Of a DNA stretch of 64,000 bases, positions 58,247 through 64,000 are shown piece by piece. Numbering within the stretch: position 1 is the stretch's first letter; every line of letters begins with the position of its first letter. The stretch is from Candidatus Firestonebacteria bacterium RIFOXYD2_FULL_39_29 (GTDB taxonomy: Bacteria > Oederibacteriota > D2-FULL-39-29), in assembly GCA_001778375.1 (NCBI GenBank), contig MFGV01000074.1, positions 9,651-73,650 on the forward strand, read 5' to 3'. The notes below the pieces were generated by a model, which saw nothing but the letters and a program-made list of their open reading frames with translations, was not told the DNA's origin and did not search any database. A program made the position numbers and the translations under genes.

Positions 58247-59329
58247 ATGTTAAATGAAGCTGTTCCATATCCTAACCTGACAAGGCGTAAAAGCGGAGTA
58301 TGGCTTTCCGATTTTATTGATCCGTCAGGTAAGAGGATACGCCGTTCTTTGAAAACGAAAGACTTGCGATTGGCACAAGTAAGAGTCCGAAAGATGATGT
58401 CGGAAGCCTACGAGAAAGGATACTTCGACCTTAAGAGACCAGTAAAGATGTATTTTTCTGAATTGGCTGAGAAAGTTCTTCAATATGCTAAGGACAAAAC
58501 CAGAAGATATAAAAAGGTTTATCTGCCGACTATCAAAACGTTAACAAAACATATTGGCAGGAAAACGCTACGTGAGATTACTAAGGGCGTAGTTCAGGAA
58601 GTTCAAGCAGAGATAAAAGAAAGCATATCGGAAGTCAATTCAAATAATGCGATGGTTGTCTTAAAGCGGATGTTCAATCTAGCGATCGACTGGGAATATA
58701 TAGAAACTAATCCAGTCAGGGGCATCGAGCTTTACAAAGTGCCCAAGAGAAAAGTACGGTTTTTAACAAATGAAGAAATTGAAACTGTACTTGGTTGCTG
58801 TGTAGGGCAGATGAAGGATATCGTTTCAGTGGCTTTGCATACGGGGATGAGGAAAGGGGAAATACTCGGTTTAAAATGGGACAACGTTGACCTGAGTAAC
58901 AGGTTGATAGTCTTAGATAAAACCAAGAATAATAACATAAGAGAAATTCCCATGAGCTCTGACACCTATGGCATGCTACTGAAGAAGTATCAGGAGAGAA
59001 AGCCCCACCGAGAAGACTATGTTTTTCCAAACGCTGATAACGAGCAGTATCGAGATGTGGCGGCGTTTAGGAAGGCGGTAAGCTTGACGGGAATTAAATG
59101 CAGGTTCCATGATTTACGACACACGTTTGCTTCTCAGTTGGTTATGGCGGGCGTTGATCTTGTCACGGTCAAGGAGCTTCTGGGACACTCAGAGCTTGAT
59201 ACAACACTCATCTATGCCCATCTGGCACCGAAGCATAAGAAAGACGCCATAGCTAAGTTGGAGTTGCACTACGATAAAGTGGCGGAAGAAAGTTTTTCGT
59301 ATAGCCCAGATTTGCTCAAGAGGGCGTAA
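58247..59329 (+). CDS. int: Phage-type tyrosine integrase
   Basis: Arm-binding N-terminus (G.R.RRSL.T), ALHTGMRKGE, TKN, RFHDLRHTFAS, LGH....T..YAH. Confidence 0.95.
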   Translation: MLNEAVPYPNLTRRKSGVWLSDFIDPSGKRIRRSLKTKDLRLAQVRVRKMMSEAYEKGYFDLKRPVKMYFSELAEKVLQYAKDKTRRYKKVYLPTIKTLTKHIGRKTLREITKGVVQEVQAEIKESISEVNSNNAMVVLKRMFNLAIDWEYIETNPVRGIELYKVPKRKVRFLTNEEIETVLGCCVGQMKDIVSVALHTGMRKGEILGLKWDNVDLSNRLIVLDKTKNNNIREIPMSSDTYGMLLKKYQERKPHREDYVFPNADNEQYRDVAAFRKAVSLTGIKCRFHDLRHTFASQLVMAGVDLVTVKELLGHSELDTTLIYAHLAPKHKKDAIAKLELHYDKVAEESFSYSPDLLKRA

Positions 59330-59335
59330 CCGTAT

Positions 59336-59357
59336 GGCACATTTTAGTCACATTTTG
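59336..59357 (+). other. Putative integrase arm-type sites (right end)
   Basis: GGCACATTTTAGTCACATTTTG. Confidence 0.7.
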
Positions 59358-59384
59358 AAAAAAAGTAAATTTATCAGATTCAAC

Positions 59385-59413
59385 TTTACAAAACGCCTTG
59401 TAGATGCTAATAT
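59385..59413 (+). promoter_or_regulatory. Element-borne promoter for the intact tRNA
   Basis: TTTACA-17-TAATAT, 10 nt before the tRNA. Confidence 0.6.
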
Positions 59414-59423
59414 AAATTCCAGT

Positions 59424-59498
59424 GCGGGCGTAATTCAGCGGTAGAATGCCACCTTCCCAAGGTGGACGTCGAGGGTTCAAGTCCCTTCGCCCGCTCCA
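59424..59498 (+). tRNA. tRNA-Gly (CCC)
   Basis: Full cloverleaf: GCGGGCG/CGCCCGC acceptor, CCACC-TTCCCAA-GGTGG anticodon arm, TTCAAGT T-loop, encoded CCA. Confidence 0.97.
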
Positions 59499-59553
59499 AA
59501 AATCAAAATACCTGCGCATAAAAATAATAAAATTCTACAAGCATATTTAATAT

Positions 59554-59714
59554 TTGAACCCTCGATGTAAGAGTTGCAGGGGATGTGGAGACCGTAGTAA
59601 AGGGGATAACAGTCCGGCTTTTCGGACGCCATAGGGGGATTTATTTCCCCATTTGGGGAGCGCTAGCGACGGTGCGGGTTTCCGCTACTTTGGCGGATCC
59701 CTTCGTCCGCTCCA
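59554..59714. other. tRNA-linked structured segment with an inverted T-arm copy and a degenerate tRNA 3'-end copy
   Basis: 59554-59568 is the reverse complement of 59466-59480 (14/15); GGGTT[17 bp]TCCCTTCGTCCGCTCCA at 59676-59714. Confidence 0.6.
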
Positions 59715-59800
59715 TAATTTTGCACTGTAAAAAATCTAAAAACCTCTAAAAATAACAAAACTGTGCTATAAAGTGAAGCAATAAAACACCGCAATTTGCT

Positions 59801-60064
59801 AGACACTAGATCCCTCCCCTCCTAAGATTGGAGGGTCCTTTTTTTTGGCAAAAACATATATTAAGGACAGATTTGAATAAGATACAAAAAGACACTGGGT
59901 CCTTGATTAAAGCCTTCAAGGATGGCATTTTTAGAGGAAAAATAAAATATTTTAATGCCACAAAATAGTCAAAAACATCGGGAAATTGTACAAAAAGGAG
60001 TGAAATTCTCCAGTCTGCCAGAAGACACTGGATCCCCGATTAAAACACTCGGGGACGCCATTTT
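59801..60064 (+). repeat. Three REP-like hairpins starting AGACACT(A/G)G(A/G)TCC
   Basis: Copies at ~59801, ~59890 and ~60023; the last two have compensatory stems (TCCTTGA/TCAAGGA vs TCCCCGA/TCGGGGA). Confidence 0.65.
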
Positions 60065-60101
60065 CTTCTAAAATATTATAAAAAAAATGGCGCTTTTTTT
60101 C

Positions 60102-60155
60102 TTGACACCAACTACCTATAGTAGTATATTAAAGCCGTCGCACAACAGGTAGTGT
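60102..60155 (+). promoter_or_regulatory. nrdJ promoter with tandem NrdR boxes
   Basis: TTGACA-17-TATATT; CAACTACCTATAGTAG (60109) and GCACAACAGGTAGTGT (60140), 31 bp apart, fit acaCwAtATaTwGtgt. Confidence 0.75.
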
Positions 60156-60208
60156 TATTTAAAAAAAATTAGAGCCGAAAAAATGGCGGGATATATAGGA
60201 GTGATAGT

Positions 60209-62611
60209 ATGATTCAGAAAACGTTTTTGGATGAAGAATCCAAAACCAACCAGGAAGGAGCTAGGAAAGAAGAAAAGAGCAAAAGGAAATTACCCGAACT
60301 AAAACTTTCGCCCAACTCTTTGACGGTCCTCAAAAAAAGATATTTAAAAAGGATCAGTGATAAGGAAACAGAAAAACCTGAACAGATGTTCTGGCGTGTC
60401 GCGGAAAATATAGCGCAGGCGGAAAAAAAATATACTCCGATGATGTCTCCCGAAAGGCTGAGGGAGATCACGGAAGAATTCTACTCGCTCATGGTAAATA
60501 TGTATTTCCTTCCAAACTCGCCGACTTTGATGAATGCGGGCAGGGACTTGCAGCAGCTCTCCGCATGTTTTGTTCTCCCGGTGGAAGACAAGATGGACGG
60601 GATATTTGAATCCATAAAAAACGCGGCGCTCATTCATAAGAGCGGCGGCGGTACCGGCTTTTCTTTTTCAAGATTAAGACCGAAGGATGACAAAGTAAAA
60701 TCCACGGGCGGGGTTGCGAGCGGTCCGATATCATTCATGAAAGTTTTTAACGCTGCCACTGAAGCCGTAAAACAGGGCGGCACCAGGCGCGGCGCGAATA
60801 TGGGAATTCTTTCCGTAGAGCATCCGGATATTTTGGAGTTCATCACCGCAAAAAATAATACCGGCGAGCTGAATAATTTTAATCTCTCTGTTGCTGTCAC
60901 CGATAAATTTATGGATGCGCTTGCCCGGGATGAAGAGTATGATCTTTTAAATCCGCATACCAGAACACCGATGAAAAAATTAAAAGCAAAAGATGTTTTT
61001 AATCTGGTCGTGGATTCCGCGTGGAAGAACGGGGAACCGGGGGTTATTTTTATAGACAGAATGAACGCCGATAATCCCACTCCTGCGCTTGGCATGATAG
61101 AGAGCACCAATCCTTGCGGTGAGCAGCCTCTTCTTCCTTATGAGGCCTGCAATTTAGGCTCTATCAATATGGCAAAGATGATCACCCATAGAAACGGCAG
61201 AGCGGAAGTGAATTATGAACTTTTAAGAGAAACGATCAAGACCGCTGTCCGCTTCCTGGACGATGTTATAGATATGAACAAATACCCTCTGCCTGAAATA
61301 GACGCGATGGTAAAGGCCAACAGGAAAATAGGCCTTGGCGTTATGGGTTTTGCCGATATGCTTATTGAGCTTGGCGTGCCTTACAGTTCTGACGAAGCGC
61401 TTAAACTGGGTGATTCCGTTATGACTTTTATTGACGAGGAATCAAAAAAGGTTTCCGCTTCCCTGGCAAAAGAAAGAGGCCCTTTTCCTAATTTCGAAAA
61501 ATCGATCTACGGCAAGTATACTCCGATAAGAAATGCCACAACGACTACAATAGCTCCGACCGGGACCCTTTCCATAATTGCCAATGTCAGCAGCGGTATA
61601 GAGCCGATCTTTGCCATCTCCTATATAAGGAACGTAATGGACGGCACAAAGATGATAGAAGTTAACCCGATATTTGAAAAAGTTGCCAGAGACAGGGGTA
61701 TCTTCTCGGACGCGCTTATAGAAAAGATCGCGGAGAAGAACACTCTTCACGGTATGGATGAAATACCTGAGGATATCAAAAAAATATTTGTAACAGCGCA
61801 TGATATAGTACCTGAATGGCATGTTCGTATGCAGGCGGCCTTTCAGAAATCCGTAGATAACGCGGTGAGCAAAACGGTTAACTTCCCGCATGAAGCTACG
61901 AGAGAAGATGTCAGAATGGCCTATGTTCTTGCTTACAAAGAAGGGTGTAAAGGCCTCACGGTTTACCGTGACGGAAGCCGGAGCGAACAGGTTTTAAGCA
62001 CCGGAGCTACCAATACTTCTGCGGCTGTACCGGTCACCACCTCTGCGCCTGTAAGAGAAGGAAGAGAAAAAATAATACCGCGCTCAAGACCGGCGATGAC
62101 TATGGGTGTGACCCAGAAAGTAAGTACCGGCTGCGGGAGTTTGTATGTCACTATTAACTCTGATGAAAAAGGTCTCTGTGAGATATTTGCCCAGATGGGA
62201 AAATCCGGAGGTTGTGCGGCTTCGCAATCAGAAGCTGTGAGCCGTCTTATATCTTTGGCTCTCAGAACCGGCATAGATATAGAATCCGTACTTAAACAGA
62301 TCAAAGGTATCCGTTGTCCGTCTCCTCTCTGGGACAAGGGCAATATGGTACTTTCCTGTCCGGATGCCATTGCCAAGGCAATAGAAAGGTTCATACAGTC
62401 CGGCGGGGTTACAAAAGCTGCTGCTTCTGCCGCTGCAAAAATGGAAGCGCCTGCAGCGCTGCCAAAGAAAAATGATTCAGAATCCCTCTCAGCTAAAGTA
62501 ACAAGCGGTACCAAAGAGCTGGCGGGAATGTGCCAGGATTGCGGTAATATTCTTGAATACGTCGAAGACTGCGTGCTTTGCAGATTCTGCGGCTATTCAA
62601 AGTGCGGTTAA
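60209..62611 (+). CDS. nrdJ: Class II (B12-dependent) ribonucleotide reductase with TSCPD and Zn-ribbon C-terminus
   Basis: PNSPTLMNAG, LSACFV, GGTRRGANM, TNPCGEQPL..CNLGS, IAPTGT, SCPDA, C..C...C..CG.SKC. Confidence 0.95.
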   Translation: MIQKTFLDEESKTNQEGARKEEKSKRKLPELKLSPNSLTVLKKRYLKRISDKETEKPEQMFWRVAENIAQAEKKYTPMMSPERLREITEEFYSLMVNMYFLPNSPTLMNAGRDLQQLSACFVLPVEDKMDGIFESIKNAALIHKSGGGTGFSFSRLRPKDDKVKSTGGVASGPISFMKVFNAATEAVKQGGTRRGANMGILSVEHPDILEFITAKNNTGELNNFNLSVAVTDKFMDALARDEEYDLLNPHTRTPMKKLKAKDVFNLVVDSAWKNGEPGVIFIDRMNADNPTPALGMIESTNPCGEQPLLPYEACNLGSINMAKMITHRNGRAEVNYELLRETIKTAVRFLDDVIDMNKYPLPEIDAMVKANRKIGLGVMGFADMLIELGVPYSSDEALKLGDSVMTFIDEESKKVSASLAKERGPFPNFEKSIYGKYTPIRNATTTTIAPTGTLSIIANVSSGIEPIFAISYIRNVMDGTKMIEVNPIFEKVARDRGIFSDALIEKIAEKNTLHGMDEIPEDIKKIFVTAHDIVPEWHVRMQAAFQKSVDNAVSKTVNFPHEATREDVRMAYVLAYKEGCKGLTVYRDGSRSEQVLSTGATNTSAAVPVTTSAPVREGREKIIPRSRPAMTMGVTQKVSTGCGSLYVTINSDEKGLCEIFAQMGKSGGCAASQSEAVSRLISLALRTGIDIESVLKQIKGIRCPSPLWDKGNMVLSCPDAIAKAIERFIQSGGVTKAAASAAAKMEAPAALPKKNDSESLSAKVTSGTKELAGMCQDCGNILEYVEDCVLCRFCGYSKCG

Positions 62612-62646
62612 GAAAGAGTCTCAAGGTTTTAAAGGAAGATATTTTA

Positions 62647-62681
62647 AGACGGGCGTTCAAGCCGAGCGCCCGTTTCTTTTC
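62647..62681 (+). terminator. Intrinsic terminator
   Basis: ACGGGCGTTC-AAGCC-GAGCGCCCGT followed by TTCTTTT. Confidence 0.75.
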
Positions 62682-62786
62682 TCCCGGAAACACGTATTTC
62701 GCCTTATAGATAATCACTTAATGCAAACTTGACAATCTACAAAAAAAAATATTATACTACAATATAGTTTTTCAAATGGAGGAAAA

Positions 62787-63839
62787 ATGAGCGATAAAAA
62801 GTTGGGAGTTGCAATAATAGGAGCAAAATTTGCCGCAGGTCTTCACGCCGAAGCTTATAAGCGTATCCCGGAGGTGGAGATAAAAGCAGTAGCGGATATC
62901 AATCCGGAGGCAGTTGCCGCATTTGCAAAAAAATACGGGATCAAAAAGACATTTACGGACTATAAAGAGATGATCAAGCTTCCTGATGTTGATCTTGTAA
63001 GTATCTGTGCTCCGAATTTTCTTCATAAAGATCTCGGGGTGGAGATAGCAAAAGCAGGTAAGCCTATGATCTGCGAAAAACCGCTGGCTACCACTTTGGA
63101 AGACGGAAAGACACTTTTAAAAACCGTGGAAAAACATAAGGTCAAACTTTTTTACGCAGAAGACTGGATATTTGCTCCGGCATTAAAGAGAGCCCGGGCA
63201 ATATATGATGAAGGAGCTATTGGAGATGTTCTTTTTCTCAAAGCCAAGGAGACGCATTCCGGAACACACTCTCCTTTTGCGCAGAAGAAAAAAACATGCG
63301 GCGGCGGTTCCATGATACATCTTGGTATTCATCCTATCGGCTGGGCGAGATGGTTCAAGGAAAAAGAAGTTGTAGAAGTAACGGCAAAAACGAGCGGCGG
63401 TGGAAATACCAACCTGAAGCATAAAAACTACGAAGTCGAAGATTGGGCTTGCGGTATTTTAAAATTTTCCGACGGGACGTACGCGCTTGTGGAAGGTAAC
63501 TATATTACGGTCGGCGGCTTGGACGACAGCGTGGAACTTTACGGATCAAAAGGCGTCGTGAAGGTTAACTTGTCGCAGGGTTCTCCGGTTTCTGCTTTTA
63601 CACTTTCTGGGTTGAGCTATGCCATTGAAAAAGCAGAGATGACGAACGGCTGGACTAAACCGGCGGTGGATGAAGAGAATGAACTCGGGTATGTGAGCGA
63701 GATAAAGCATTTTGTGGATTGCGCTATTTTAAATAAAGAGTCTGTCTGGGGTTCAAAAGGCATTGACGGCTTAAGGGCTCTTGAAGTAATAGACGCCATA
63801 TACAAGTCTTCTGAGACAGGTAAGGCGGTAAAGCTGTAA
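62787..63839 (+). CDS. Gfo/Idh/MocA family oxidoreductase
   Basis: VAIIG, PNFLH, CEKPLA, GGG....GIH, VED. Confidence 0.93.
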   Translation: MSDKKLGVAIIGAKFAAGLHAEAYKRIPEVEIKAVADINPEAVAAFAKKYGIKKTFTDYKEMIKLPDVDLVSICAPNFLHKDLGVEIAKAGKPMICEKPLATTLEDGKTLLKTVEKHKVKLFYAEDWIFAPALKRARAIYDEGAIGDVLFLKAKETHSGTHSPFAQKKKTCGGGSMIHLGIHPIGWARWFKEKEVVEVTAKTSGGGNTNLKHKNYEVEDWACGILKFSDGTYALVEGNYITVGGLDDSVELYGSKGVVKVNLSQGSPVSAFTLSGLSYAIEKAEMTNGWTKPAVDEENELGYVSEIKHFVDCAILNKESVWGSKGIDGLRALEVIDAIYKSSETGKAVKL

Positions 63840-63878
63840 AAGACCTGCAAAGTTAAAGAAAAATCAAAAAGAGGTAAA

Positions 63879-64000
63879 ATGGTAAATAAAGAGAACACCA
63901 GTTTTGAGATAAGGAATTTTAAAACAGATACCGCGATCGTGGCTTTTGGAACTACCGAACAGCATTCATCGCACCTTCCGGTGAAAACTGATGCTTTTCT
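63879..64000 (+). CDS. Creatininase family protein (3'-truncated by the window)
   Basis: MVNKENTSFEI...AIVAFGTTEQHSSHLPVKTD matches G..EQHG.HLP..TD; GAGG RBS. Confidence 0.8.
   Translation, partial: MVNKENTSFEIRNFKTDTAIVAFGTTEQHSSHLPVKTDAF

Larger units (their letters stand above)
39806..59460. mobile_element. ~19.6 kb integrative element (genomic island) in tRNA-Gly(CCC)
   Basis: Identical 38-bp direct repeats at 39806-39843 and 59423-59460; Xis and Int next to the right repeat; defence and replication cargo. Confidence 0.93.

Noticed and set aside
56..63898. Numerous minus-strand ORFs in the track
   Set aside because: Antisense shadows (F/S/L-rich) of well-supported + strand genes; only 34220-34654 and 34683-35216 are accepted

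Overview
Bacterial (diderm, AT-rich) chromosomal segment with almost all genes on the + strand. It has three parts. (1) Host region, 1-39.8 kb: a FliG-like/TPR protein, a large coiled-coil protein, pyrF, an ECF sigma/anti-sigma/TonB-receptor cluster, a molybdate-type ABC cluster with three ModA paralogs, a GldA/F/G-like ABC export cluster, tandem lemA genes and assorted hypotheticals. Its intergenic DNA carries a family of tiny hairpin insertions (17-42 bp), seen here in empty, single, double and nested states. (2) A ~19.6 kb integrative element, 39806-59460, inserted in tRNA-Gly(CCC) with a 38-bp duplication of the tRNA 5' half. It carries a type III-like Mod/Res pair, an RHH-like protein plus a membrane/CsgG-like protein whose N-terminus is a paralog of it, two P-loop replication-type ATPases, a minimal PolX, a catalytic-domain-only tyrosine recombinase, a CBASS operon (HTH_17-LexA-like repressor, CapV patatin, CD-NTase, E2-SEC-C), Xis and Int. 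Two pairs of spacing-conserved ~95-105 bp sites bracket the R-M module and the ATPase-PolX module, which suggests a recombinase-driven cassette system. (3) Host region, 59.5-64 kb: nrdJ with tandem NrdR boxes, a Gfo/Idh/MocA oxidoreductase and a truncated creatininase-family gene. All calls come from reading motifs by eye; no searches were run.
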